Positions 1-15,200 of a DNA stretch of 64,000 nt are shown here, piece after piece. Where the stretch lies: the NCBI GenBank assembly GCA_012295275.1, contig CM022678.1, forward strand, positions 8,556,001 through 8,620,000, written 5' to 3'. Positions within the stretch are counted from its first letter, which is position 1. Each line of letters opens with the position of its first letter. The DNA comes from Chrysomallon squamiferum. Lineage: Eukaryota > Animalia > Mollusca. The position numbers were made by a program, and so were the translations under genes. Below the pieces are notes generated by a model. It did not search any database. It was not told where the DNA came from and saw only the letters and a program-made list of their open reading frames with translations.

Positions 1-2325
1 CAAGTGAACTTCGGTTTCACGATAACAACAACATGTACAGTGCAACGGAAGTAAAGATTAAATATTCCTAACAGTAGTACTTGTAGAATGTTCAGTTCAA
101 TAGAGGCAATAATAATAATGATAATAATAAAAAATAGTAATAAATAAATAAATCTGTATCCACAAGAGAACAATAACACAAACAAGAATTCAATATGGAT
201 AATTGTTTTATATATCTATACATATTTCATAAAAAATTAAACATAATGGCAACACATAATTTAATCGTCCCACAGAATATAAAAGCAAATAGCATTGATA
301 GATTATACTAAACTATTTAAGCCTCGTTGGTTACTTTAACTTTCTAACTAATCTTTTAGTTATTAAAATAAGTTTTTAGTTTGTTACTTGGTTTTTGAGC
401 GCAAGTACGTACCACAGAATAGCACAACAGAATATCCATCAGTAATCGATTTAGCTATCTTCAATCAACACGTTACATAAACCAAAACATTTAAAACAAA
501 ATTACCATTGTCTTTTTCTTGTGCCAAAGCCCTCAGACAACATATCTCATGAAGGCTCACAATCAAGAGATATCGTCTAAAACGCTCGTCGAATACTTAT
601 AGACATTGCACAGACGTTCAATAAACAGCTCCGCAGACAGCCTTTCTGAATTACTTTGCAACTTTAATGTCACTTTTGACTTTGTTAATCCAAGTGTTTT
701 TTAGTTTATAAAATAACAGAACTTACCCTAATTTACAATATAGCTTAGCTTCTAAACAGCCTGTGGACGTCTGCGTACGTTCTGCTATTTAGCTTTTGTG
801 TATTTACTATTCTCATACATAATGTGTACAGAATACATCTTTTGTCCTCCTTTTAATACATTATGATTATCTTGTCAATACAAAAATTAGCTAAAACTGA
901 ACAGTAATATATTGAATAAAACAAACTGCGTAGAACCATGTAGAACCATATTCAAATTTCTCAGAAAGTTATGATTAAAAATCTTGTAAAATATCAAAAA
1001 TGATTTGTGAAAAAAGTTCTTATAAAATTAATTACATTTATACAAAATTTAAAACTCTAGTTTAAAAGTATAAAAAATAAATAGCATTTAAATAGTAAAT
1101 ATCATCAGAATTACATATTATAAGTATTTCCTTACTGTATTGACAAGACAATGCATTAAAACAAACACAATTTATATATGTAAAAAAAAAAAAAAAAAAA
1201 ACATTTCTGAGTATAGAATTTTGTTACAGTATAACCAGATAATCTTCAAGACATGATTTGTAAATTACAGGAAAGACAAATAGAAAATTTTCAAAGATCG
1301 ACCCATACATAACAGACTGTTTGTTTCTGTACTGATCACCCCAGTTTTCTCAGTCAGTTCAGTAACCACAGCAAATACTCCCAGTTTGAATACTGCATAG
1401 TTCACAAGTTTTCAGGTAAATGTGTTATTCAGAAAATGATGCCTGAGAAAACAATAAGTGATACGAACAAAATTCTGCAGATAATATGATAATAACCTAT
1501 ATTTGTGAGCTGTGATCATTAGAATATAGGCAGACAGGAGAAATGTTTGTTAAAATTTCAAAAACTGAGAGGGTTATATCTTGTAAACTGCTTGAATGGT
1601 TATCCTAAAAATGGAAATATGAGCTTCTTCTACAACAGTTACCATTATTACCAATTTATAAACATTTAGTTATCCAAAATTATTTTATTTAAACAGGTAA
1701 TACAGAGTTAGATAAATCTAGTGCTGAGATTCAAGCCAGAATATTTCTTTACAATTTTTACATCGTTTTCTTTTGAAGCTAGTAATGATATAATAGCAAC
1801 ATATTTTTCAGATATGCTGATGACAACTTCAAATCTTAAATTACAGAATCATATCTTGAACATTATTAATAAATAAAAGCCACAAATAAACTGTCAGTAG
1901 TCAACAGAAACAGTTTATAAATTTTTTTAAAATTAATTAAAATAACTAAAATAAACCAGATTACACAAGAAAAGCAAGAAGGAAAAAATAACAAATTAAA
2001 TAAAATAAAACCAAAAAAACACTGCAAACTTGAAGTTTAAACATATATTAAGTGCACAATCTGTATCAATTAACAATATTTAAAATAAAAAAACACTGCA
2101 AATTGCAATCCACTTTAAATCAAGTGTTACAAATTATTAAAATTATTAATAGTTGTTTTATTAAACTTGTCAAATGTATCCACTCAGGTACAAATAATCC
2201 CAAAACATTTCCTTATCTTTTGTTTTAAACAGAATTTTAACCACAAAAAAATAACCACAATTTATTGTAACACAGAAAGAATACACCATTTAAAGAGTCA
2301 AAAATTAAAGCTGTTCAAGATTTCT

Positions 2326-5300
2326 TCATTTCATTTTTTTTATTCGGTCTGTCAATTCTTCTGTTGTTTTGGGTAGCTTAACATCTTTTAATTTGTCGAT
2401 GCAATTACAAAATGGCATTACCCTAAAAATAAAAATAAAACAAATGGCATATTCTTATTTAACAGTTTGTGTTTCTCATGTATATTTGAACTAATCTGAA
2501 TGGAAATTTATTTAGTCTATGACATATGAAAATGCATTCACATATCAAATAAAAAGAGAACACAATTTACAGTTTAATAAAAACACAATTAAACTTGCTT
2601 ACCATCCATTCTTGGATGCCACTCCATCAGTACCTTTCTCATCATCCCCTAAGCAAGATAAAATAAACAATTTATGTACTGAATGACAAGAAATCCAAAC
2701 TGTCCAATCAGAATGCACATTATAAATTATGAAATTTACTGCAAGCAACCAGAAATGATTATTATACTATGTATGACTAAAGAAAGAAAGAAAGAAAAAA
2801 AAAACTGTGTATTTGTGTGTGCATGTCTGTGTGAATTTATGTGTGTTTAAATTTACTCTAGAATACATACCAGACACAGGTGACCGACTGCCTTTCAGAC
2901 TAACTTCATCAAACTGTGATAAATCGATATCCTCCTATAAATAAATAAGAAAACTGATTTCTTTGTTCCAGTGTATACATAATGTATCATAGATAACACA
3001 CTAAACATCTATTTACTATAATACAAAATATGTCGATACATCAATGTAACAACAACTTCTTCAACAAACTGAAGACACCATTGAACTGTAAAGTGGAAGT
3101 TTGAATGTATATTAAATACAGATTGTGTATTGCTTTAATATGATCAATAATAATAAAAAAAATAGTAATAATAATAAAATAAAAATAAAAATCAGGTGTA
3201 CAAATAGAAAATTCAACATGTATTTTGAGTCCCTTAAGTAACATTATTTTTCAAATGTCCTAATTCTCTCATTTAAATTTTCATTAATATTATAATCAAC
3301 TGAAATTGAACTTTCTTTGTTCTAATGCATACATTTTTTAACAGAACTCATAATCTGTATAGATAAATATCAAAATTTTCACACAGATATTTTCATAACT
3401 TGTAACAAAAATATTTAAACCTTTTGACACATAATTAAATAATGTATGGTATTTGTGTTATTATTAGTTATTTTTTAATTAATGACAAATATTCTTCTCA
3501 AATATACCGATAGATTATCAAAACAAATATTAATATTCTAATCTTTTTGTCCTGTTTATTGAGTAACCTTCACCTTTCTGTATGAACCACTCTTCATAAT
3601 TGAACTTTAATCTTTACTGACCTTTGACTCTGAATTACAATGTAGTTTGTGAAATTCAGGTTCAACATTTTCTGAAAAAATTAAAAGTATAATCATCAGA
3701 ATAAACAATTGTGATAGCTCAACATAAATCCAAATAAATTATTTAAAATGAACCTGTTTAAAGTGACAGATGACGAAAGAAAGAAAGAAAGAAAACCCAG
3801 TAAGACAATGAACGAGAAAAAACAACAAAGGAATAATATTGGAATAATATTAAATAACGAAAAATAAATACATAAATGACTGAGATATTGAATGAATAAA
3901 TGAATGAATGAACATATGAAAATTTGAATAATTAAATAAACAAAACTGAACATATTTCTACTTGACCTCACACACCTCATCCTCCCTGGAATTTACCACC
4001 TGTTTCACCATAATTAATTATCAATCAGAGTTATAGATCTTTTAACTAAATACAACAAGGTATTCATGGAAAAATAATGAAAAAAAAAAAACTGAAGATG
4101 AAAAGAATGATAAAAAAAATAAATAAAAGGATCTAATCAGTCTGGTGCATGCATTCTTCTGTATTTTCAGTTGTATTACCTCCCAATTCTTCAGTCGATT
4201 TGTTCACATCTTCCAAGATCTAGCAAAAAAACAAAAACAAAAAAAATTAAATAACTTAAAATAAAACAAATGTAAAATAAAATTCATTGTAATAATGAGA
4301 AAAAGCTGTATTAATAGTAACAGCAACATCAACAAAAACAAAATTAATTACTGATGACTTTCAACTTTTTTTGCTCTAATGCATGCATTTTTTAACACAA
4401 CTCATAATCTGTATAGATAAATATCGAATTTTCACAGATATTTTCATAACTTGTAACACAAATATTTTAAACCTTTTGACACATAATTAAATAATGTATG
4501 GTATTTGTTATTATTATTAGTTATTTTTTAATTAACGACAAATATTCTTCTCAAATATACCGATAGATTATCACAACAAATATTAATATTCTAATCTTTT
4601 TGTCCTATTTATTGAGTAACCTTCACCTTTCTGTGTCAACCACTCATCATAATTGAACTTTAATCTTTACTGACCTTTGACTCTGAGAACAAAGACTCTA
4701 GAAACTTCTGAAAATGTCCATCAACATTTTCTGAAAAAAATTAAAAAGTATAATCATCAGAATAAACAATTGTTATAGCTCAACATAAATCCAAATAAAT
4801 TATTTAAAATGAACCTGTTTAAAGTGACAGATGATGAAAGAAAGAAAGAAAGAAAACCCAGTAAGACAATGAACGAGAGAAAACAACAAAGAAACAAGAA
4901 AGGAATAATATTAAATAATGAAAGATAAATATATAAATAACTGAGATATTGAATGAATAAACGAATGAATGAACATATGAAAATTTGAATAATTAAATAA
5001 ACAAAACTGAACATATTTCTACTTGACCTCACACACCTCATCCTCCCTGGAATTTACCACCTGTTTCACCATAATTAATTATCAATCAGAGTTATAGATC
5101 TTTTAACTAAATACAACAAGGTATTCATGGAAAAATAATGAAAAAAAACAAACAACTGAAGATGAAAAGAATGATAAAAAAAATAAATAAAAGGATCTAA
5201 TCAGTCTGGTGCATGCATTCTTCTGTATTTTCAGTTGTATTACCTCCCAATTCTTGAGTCGATTTGTTCACATCTACCAAGATCTAGCAAAAAAACAAAA

Positions 5301-5327
5301 ACAAAAAAAATTTAAATAAATTAAAAT

Positions 5328-5358
<31 letters not shown>

Positions 5359-6229
5359 AAAATAAAATTCATTGTAATAATGAGAAAAAACTATATTAAT
5401 AGTAACAGCAACATCAACAAAAACAAAATTAATTACTGATGACTTTTTCATTCTGTACATTTTATGTTTTAACAATTTTGAAGGTATTCAATAATAATAA
5501 TAATAATGATTATTATGCTAAATAGTAATGATATTAATAATAACAAAGGAATACAAAATATCAATATTAACCATAATAATGAAAATAACAACAATAAAAA
5601 TCATAACTATAATCATAGTATTTCTATTTTTACTTGATGTAATTTTTTTGTATTTTGTATATCTTCATCATAAAACACTTTTCCAGTGAAGATGGTGCAA
5701 AACAGCATGTTAATCGAATCGTCGTCCTTGTCCTCGTCCTCATCCTTTGTCTTTTTGTTTGCTTCACCATAATCTATGACAACTACACGCATATCTGACG
5801 TCAGCATTACGTTACGCGCTAGAAAGTAAATAAATTAAATTAAATTAAACTAACCAACTAACTAACTAAGTACTTATTTTATTTATATTGTTATTTTTAA
5901 AATTTAATATTGAGTGATTTTATTTCAGAACTTTTACTATACAACTGTTAAAAAGATTAAAAATACAAAAAGATCATCTTCTGTCTGCTGTTCATATTTC
6001 TTTTGTGAAACATTTTTTGTTTTATAATCTTTTCACTGATATGGTTGAAACAATTTCTTCAATCAACTTTATTTTTAAATCTAAAGATAAAATCACATTT
6101 ATGAAATAGATTATCCGTTTTATAAAACTGACAGTGCTTGATGCTGAAAATGAGATCTTATGAATCAAATCGGGGATTAAATTGCATTACTCACTTTTGA
6201 GTTAGCACTGAACAATTTCTTTATTTTAT

Positions 6230-6296
<67 letters not shown>

Positions 6297-9200
6297 CAAC
6301 AATAAAATAACCAACATAATAAAAATAAAACTTAATAACAATACATTGATCTATTTGTAAAAAGTTTCTTAATCCAGTATTCAAACAGTTAAGTTTAGTC
6401 AGAGTTTTCAGTGATTTTAATTACACACATTTTTACAGACACTCAAACTGTGGACATGGGAGTTGTATCAATACAAAAATAACAAAACCAGCAATAAAAA
6501 TATTTGTCAAATGCTACTTAATAAGATCCATTTTGGTATTCTAAGTACTCTGTAAATATCCAAACTTATTAAAATTCTCCAAACCATGTATGTCTCCATG
6601 AGTCCAGCCCAATCTATGCATCATGTTCACTTGAGACACTAATTCCTTGACAATGAACAAAGCGAGCAGCTGGCGACATTTTTCATCCAGTTGTTCTTTC
6701 CTTATCTTTGTTCTGACATCATCAACTGTAAGAGCTTCATATAAAAAATATACAAACAATAAAAATAATAAAAATAATAATAATAATAATAATAATCATA
6801 ATAATAAAACAATAAAAATTAAAATGAAATAGAATGAAAGACTATGCAAGTATGTAGTTTGACAGAAATCCTTATGAAAATAGTTCAAATAGGAACAAAT
6901 ATTTTATTTAACACTAAAAACATGCATAAACTGTGATTGTGAAATTCTTTTCACATTGATTACGTTGCATAACTTACTTTTTGAACTAGCATTAAGAATT
7001 TCATACAGCCATAATTAATTGTTTTTGTAATTAGCTAATAAATAAAACTATACCTATAACAAAGTTTATTATCTGCAGTTTGAATATAAAATGATAAAAA
7101 GAAACCACCAAACATATACACTGGTAATGGTATGAACGTTTTTCAAAGGCTTAATAAAAATTTGCTTCTTCTCACCATGCTCAATCATTTCCATATGAAT
7201 ATGGATTTTATCACCATCTCTGGTGAGCAGAAGTAACAAGGGCCCCAAGTTTCTTTCATTCAAAGCAAACTGACATATTACTTCATTTTCATGAAAATTA
7301 TTGACTGAAACCTGAAATGCATAAAATTGTCAGTGTAATCCTAACATGAACAAATGAAAATCACTGTGTGAATAAATGGATGGATATTATAAAAGAAATG
7401 AATGAAGAGAATAGATACATAAAGGGATGAATAAAATAATAACTGATCAACAAAATTTCCATTTTATAAATGTTACCAGGTGGTATGTTTATGTTTATAT
7501 ACACGAGAGCATTTCCTATAAAATCAAAATTCACAAGAGGAAATTCAATGAAAGGACTATTTTAATAACGAAAACTTTTCTATGCATCTTTCGATTGATT
7601 AACCAGAGAAAATTAAATATTTTATTTATTTATAGTAACTCACGGTCTTTACTACATGTTTGATTTTACTGGCAACATCTTTAGCTACTCGGACAACACC
7701 TTCACTCCCTTTCCCAAGAATTTTACCAGTGAATTCAAACTGAACACCGTCTTTGTACTCTCCATTTTCCAAAGTTATCTGTAAAAACAATGACATCAAT
7801 CTGATATTCACTATTCTATTTTAATTGTAAATGTTAATTCAGTTTTCTTATAAATGGACATTAGGCATTAAATAGTAACATATTTCAACATTGTACATGT
7901 AATTTGCTTATGTGATATGCTTTATTAAAATCACATTTGAGCCATCAAGAACAACATCAATAGGGATATGATATTCTTAAAATTACCTTTGATTCACAAG
8001 GAACCTGATCCTTGCAACTAGGAAATGGAATGTCTTTCGACATTTCTACAACTTTTCTTAGAAACTCACGACTGGAATGTGCTATAAGAGAAAGAATACA
8101 AGATGTTAATTTAAAATAATTATTATTGCAAGGTTTTAGTGTTCATGAAATTTGAATTAACAAAACATCAGTAATTGTTGTTAAAACAAAGTAATTGTTT
8201 AACAATATTCCTGATGTAAGTTTGTGTATCTCAGAATATTTGAATATGTTTGTGTGTATCTCACTGTCTATATATTAATGTGTTTGTGTATTTATGTAGG
8301 TTTTGTACTTGTTTAGGATGTATGTGTTTGTATGTACAAAAGTAATAAATATAACTGGTTAGCATCATATAATCAGTGTAGGTTAAAATGACCTGATTCA
8401 ATGAGGCAAAAACTTTACATCAAAACAATACAATTTGTTACTTTTCAAATTAAAAGTGCATTCAAAATGGTCATTTAAGATTTAAATAAGCAATTAAAAG
8501 CAAAAGAAGTAGCTTTGAACAATACGTGTGAATTACAAATAATTTAACAAAGTAAAAATAGTTATTCCCCAAAAGCTATATATTTTGGTCAGTGCCACAA
8601 ATTATAAAAACTGACTTAGTAGTAGTAATGTGTTGCCACTGTTTATAGTGATAGTGTGATGAATACTATATATATATAAATATATTATCTGTTATACAAA
8701 GGTGTGTGTGTTTAAATTTATTCTAGAATACATACCAGCCTCAACAACATTTGTGAATGTTTGAGAGATACTGAGAGGAGCTTCTGACTTCTCTTCAGCC
8801 TGTAAATAAATTTATCTAAATAAGTAAACTGACCAAATACAAACCATTTATAAAAACAATATTTCTGGAGTAGGATTTGAAATTTTTGAAAATTAATAGT
8901 CTGAATAAACAATTCTTTACAAATGTTTTTGTTATTTAAGGTTGACTTTAAAAATAAAATAAAATTTAACAAAATAAAAAATAAATAAATTATAAACATT
9001 TCAGTTATTAAAGACGTGAAAAAATGTATAAAAATATCATTTTACTAACACAATATTGTAACAATATTGTTTAATTAATCCAGTGTTATAGCAATATTGT
9101 TTCATTAACCCAGTATTATAGCAATATTGTTTTATTAACCCAAAATAAGATTAATAAAAAATATTCAACTATACAAATTCTTACAACATTTGCACTGGTC

Positions 9201-12200
9201 CCTGGCAAATCTGTTGGGCTTTCCATGAGTTCTAAGTTCTTGTCCTGTGTCTGTGGGCTCAGGCTGACCTGAAACGGCTCCCTCAGACTGAAACAACAAC
9301 AACAGCAGGAACGATGTTAACAGCAACAACAAGAGCAACAACAGTAATAATAATAATAACAAAAAAAAATAAAAATAAAATAAGCTTTGAATGAAATTGA
9401 AACATGACAATGTTTCAGATGGAATTTGTTTTGAATTTTAATGTAAATACTTCTCCACTCTTTTCCAGTAAATGTGTTAATTATTTGCATCTGAAATTAA
9501 CATCTGTATTTGTGCGTGTCTGTCTGTTTGTCATTGGTTATGTTTTTATGTCTGTCTCTATGTATTTGTATTTATGGTTTGTGTATGTGTGAGAAAGAGA
9601 AAGACAGAGTGGAAGAAAGAAAATGTAAAGGTGTGTGGGGGGACAAAGAGTGAGGAGGGGGATGTGTATGTATGTGTCTGTGTCTAAATATATTGTGTAT
9701 GTCTGCATGCATGTATTTGAGTGTACATGTGCATGCACAAGTGTGTGTTTCACTAATATTTTAAAATAATATTTACAGAAACGAAACATACAAGATCAGA
9801 CTGAGAGGTGTTAGATGACATTCCACTGGTCAGCACATTGTTGGCGGATCTGAAGATTAAACATTTGTTATTATACACCTACAACCATGTAACAAACAGA
9901 ATAGGAGAAAAAAAACTTGTCCAATTCTACCCCCCAAAACAACATCAAAATATTACATTCATTAAGAAAAGATTACAAAATCCATGTGTTCTATTTAACT
10001 CTGGTTTCAGTCAGATGTGCAAATTTTGACTCTGTCCTGTGAAAGGTGAAGTAACCTAAATTTCTTTTACTTCTGAGTGAGCAAAAATGATTTTTTTTAT
10101 TCTCTAGCATTTTTATGATCCATGAAATAGAACCAGACTGAAGGAAAAAAACTAATTTATTAAAATTTATTACTACAGATGAACCTGACACTTTTCTTCT
10201 TCTTTTTATTACTACATTAACAAAATCAGCCCTAAAACAACCAGTAAATTAACCTTCTGTGTCAAGTAAAAATCATTTGGTCCATTATAAATACTAAGTT
10301 TAATTATCAGACATAACCCAAACTTTCATGTAGCGGTTTGTAAAGTTTCAGCTCAGTCTTTTTGAAAACAAGTTCAAAATGGTCATTTAAGATTTAAATC
10401 AGCAATTAAAAACAAAAGAAGTAGCTTTGAACAATACGTGTGAATTTAAAATAATTTACCAAAGTAAAAATAGTTATTCCTCAAAAGCTATATATTTTGG
10501 TCACTGCCACAAATTATAAAAACTGACTTTGTAGTAGTAATGTGTTGCCACTGTTTATAGTGATAGTGTGATGAATACTATATATATATAAATATATTAT
10601 CTGTTATACAAAGGTGTGTGTGTTTAAATTGATTCTAGAATACATACCAGCCTCAACAACATTTGTGAATGTTTGAGAGATACTGAGAGGAACTTCTGAC
10701 TTCTCTTCAGCCTGTAAATAAATGTATCTAAATAAGTAAACTGACCAAATACAAACCATTTATAAAAACAATATTTCTGGAGTAGGATTTGAAATTTTTG
10801 AAAATTAATAGTCTGAATAAACAATTCTTTACAAATGTTTTTGTTATTTAAGGTTGACTTTAAAAATAAAATAAAATTTAACAAAATAAAAAATAAATAA
10901 ATTATAAACATTTCAGTTATTAAAGACGTGAAAAAATGTATAAAAATATCATTTTACTAACACAATATTGTAACAATATTGTTTAATTAATCCAGTGTTA
11001 TAGCAATATTGTTTCATTAACCCAGTATTATAGCAATATTGTTTTATTAACCCAAAATAAGATTAATAAAAAAAATATTCAACTATACAAATTCTTACAA
11101 CATTTGCACTGGTCCCTGGCAAATCTGTTGGGCTTTCTGCAGTTCTAAGTTCTTGTCCTGTGTCTGTGGGCTCAGGCTGACCTGAAACGGCTCCCTCAGA
11201 CTGAAACAACAACAACAGCAGGAACGATGTTAACAGCAACAACAAGAAAAAATAAAAATAAAATAAGCTTTGAATGAAATTGAAACATGACAATGTTTCA
11301 GATGGAATTTGTTTTGAATTTTAATGTAAATACTTCTCCACTCTTTTCCAGTAAATGTGTTAATTATTTGCATCTGAAATTAACATCTGTATTTGTGCGT
11401 GTCTGTCTGTTTGTCTTTGGTTATGTTTTTATGTCTGTCTCTATGTATTTGTATTTATGGTTTGTGTATGTGTGAGAAAGAGAAAGACAGAGTGGAAGAA
11501 AGAAAATGTAAGGTGTGTGGGGGGACAAAGAGTGAGGAGGGGGATGTGTATGTATGTGTCTGTGTCTAAATATATTGTGTATGTCTGCATGCATGTATTT
11601 GAGTGTACATGTGCATGCACAAGTGTGTGTTTCAGTAATAGTTTAAAATAATATTTACAGAAACGAAACATACAGGATCAGACTGAGAGGTGTTAGATGA
11701 CATTCCACTGGTCAGTACATTGTTCGCCGGCTCTGAAAATTAAACATTTGTTATTATACACCTACAACCATGTAACAAACAGAATAGGAGAAAAAAAAAC
11801 TTGTCCAATTCTACCCCCAAAACAACATCAAAATATTACATTCATTAAGAAAAGATTACAAAATCCATGTGTTCTATTTAACTCTGGTTTCAGTCAGATG
11901 TGCAAATTTTGACTCTGTCCTGTGAAAGGTGAAGTAACCTAAATTTCTTTTTTACTTCGAAAGTGAGCAAAAATGATTTTTTTTTATTCTCTAGCATTTT
12001 TATGATCCATGAAATAGAACCAGACTGAAGGAAAAAAACTAATTTATTAAAATTTATTACTACAGATGAACCTGACACTTTTCTTCTTCTTTTTATTACT
12101 ACATTAACAAAATCAGCCCTAAAACAACCAGTAAATTAACCTTCTGTGTCAAGTAAAAATCATTTGGTCCATTATAAATACTAAGTTTAATTATCAGACA

Positions 12201-15200
12201 TAACCCAAACTTTCATGTAGCGGTTTGTAAAGTTTCAGCTCAGTCTTTTGAAAACAAGTTCAAAATGGTCATTTAAGATTTAAATCAGCAATTAAAAACA
12301 AAAGAAGTAGCTTTGAACAATACGTGTGAATTTAAAATAATTTACCAAAGTAAAAATAGTTATTCCTCAATAGCTATATATTTTGGTCAGTGCCACAAAT
12401 TATAAAAACTGACTTAGTAGTAGTAATGTGTTGCCACTGTTTATAGTGATAGTGTGATGAATACTATATATATATAAATATATTATCTGTTATACCAAAG
12501 GTGTGTGTGTTTAAATTGATTCTAGAATACATACCAGCCTCAACAACATTTGTGAATGTTTGAGAGATACTGAGAGGAACTTCTGACTTCTCTTCAGCCT
12601 GTAAATAAATGTATCTAAATAAGTAAACTGACCAAATACAAACCATTTATAAAAACAATATTTCTGGAGTAGGATTTGAAATTTTTGAAAATTAGTAGTC
12701 TGAATAAACAATTCTTTACAAATGTTTTTGTTATTTAAGGTTCACTTTAAAAAAAATAAAATAAAATTTAACAAAATAAAAAATAAATAAATTATAAACA
12801 TTTCAGTTATTAAAGACGTGAAAAAATGTATAAAAATATCATTTTACTAACACAATATTGTAACAATATTGTTTAATTAATCCAGTGTTATAGCAATATT
12901 GTTTCATTAACCCAGTATTATAGCAATATTGTTTTATTAACCCAAAATAAGATTAATAAAAAAAATATTCAACTATACAAATTCTTACAACATTTGCACT
13001 GGTCCCTGGCAAATCTGTTGGGCTTTCCGCAGTTCTAAGTTCTTGTCCTGTGTCTGTGGGCTCAGGCTGACCTGAAACGGCTCCCTCAGACTGAAACAAC
13101 AACAACAGCAGGAACAATGTTAACAGCAACAACAACAACAGTAATAATAATAATAAAGAAAAAATAAGAATAAAAGAAGCTTTGAATGAAATTGAAACAT
13201 GACAATGTTTCAGATGGAATTTGTTTTGAATTTTAATGTAAATACTTCTCCACTCTTTTCCAGTAAATGTGTTAATTATTTGCATCTGAAATTAACATCT
13301 GTATTTGTAACGTGTCTGTCTGTTTGTCATTGGTTATGTTTTTATGTCTGTCTCTATGTATTTGTATTTATGGTTTGTGTATGTGTGAGAAAGAGAAAGA
13401 CAGAGTGGAAGAAAGAAAATGTAAGGTGTGTGGGGGGACAAAGAGTGAGGAGGGGGATGTGTATGTATGTGTCTGTGTCTAAATATATTGTGTATGTCTG
13501 CATGCATGTATTTGAGTGTACATGTGCATGCACAAGTGTGTGTTTCAGTAATAGTTTAAAATAATATTTACAGAAACGAAACATACAGGATCAGACTGAG
13601 AGGTGTTAGATGACATTCCACTGGTCAGTACATTGTTCGCCGGCTCTGAAAATTAAACATTTGTTATTATACACCTACAACCATGTAACAAACAGAATAG
13701 GAGAAAAAAAAACTTGTCCAATTCTACCCCCAAAACAACATCAAAATATTACATTCATTAAGAAAAGATTACAAAATCCATGTGTTCTATTTAACTCTGG
13801 TTTCAGTCAGATGTGCAAATTTTGACTCTGTCCTGTGAAAGGTGAAGTAACCTAAATTTCTTTTACTTCCGAGTGAGCAAAAATGATTTTTTTTTATTCT
13901 CTAGCATTTTTATGATCCATGAAATAGAACCAGACTGAAGGAAAAAAACTAATTTATTAAAATTTATTACTACAGATGAACCTGACACTTTTCTTCTTCT
14001 TTTTATTACTACATTAACAAAATCAGCCCTAAAACAACCAGTAAATTAACCTTCTGTGTCAAGTAAAAATCATTTGGTCCATTATAAATACTAAGTTTAA
14101 TTATCAGACATAACCCAAACTTTCATGTAGCGGTTTGTAAAGTTTCAGCTCAGTCTTTTTGAAAACAAGTTCAAAATGGTCATTTAAGATTTAAATCAGC
14201 AATTAAAAACAAAAGAAGTAGCTTTGAACAATACGTGTGAATTTAAAATAATTTACCAAAGTAAAAATAGTTATTCCTCAAAAGCTATATATTTTGGTCA
14301 GTGCCACAAATTATAAAAACTGACTTAGTAGTAGTAATGTGTTGCCACTGTTTATAGTGATAGTGTGATGAATACTATATATATATAAATATATTATCTG
14401 TTATACAAAGGTGTGTGTGTTTAAATTGATTCTAGAATACATACCAGCCTCAACAACATTTGTGAATGTTTGAGAGATACTGAGAGGAACTTCTGACTTC
14501 TCTTCAGCCTGTAAATAAATGTATCTAAATAAGTAAACTGACCAAATACAAACCATTTATAAAAACAATATTTCTGGAGTAGGATTTGAAATTTTTGAAA
14601 ATTAATAGTCTGAATAAACAATTCTTTACAAATGTTTTTGTTATTTAAGGTTGACTTTAAAAATAAAATAAAATTTAACAAAATAAAAAATAAATAAATT
14701 ATAAACATTTCAGTTATTAAAGGCGTGAAAAAAATGTATAAAAATATCATTTTACTAACACAATATTGTAACAATATTGTTTAATTAATCCAGTGTTATA
14801 GCAATATTGTTTCATTAACCCAGTATTATAGCAATATTGTTTTATTAACCCAAAATAAGATTAATAAAAAAAATATTCAACTATACAAATTCTTACAACA
14901 TTTGCACTGGTCCCTGGCAAATCTGTTGGGCTTTCCGCAGTTCTAAGTTCTTGTCCTGTGTCTGTGGGCTCAGGCTGACCTGAAACGGCTCCCTCAGACT
15001 GAAACAACAACAACAGCAGGAACGATGTTAACAGCAACAACAAGAGCAACAACAGTAATAATAATAACAAAAAAAAAATAAAAATAAAATAAGCTTTTGA
15101 ATGAAATTGAAACATGACAATGTTTCAGATGGAATTTGTTTTGAATTTTAATGTAAATACTTCTCCACTCTTTTCCAGTAAATGTGTTAATTATTTGCAT

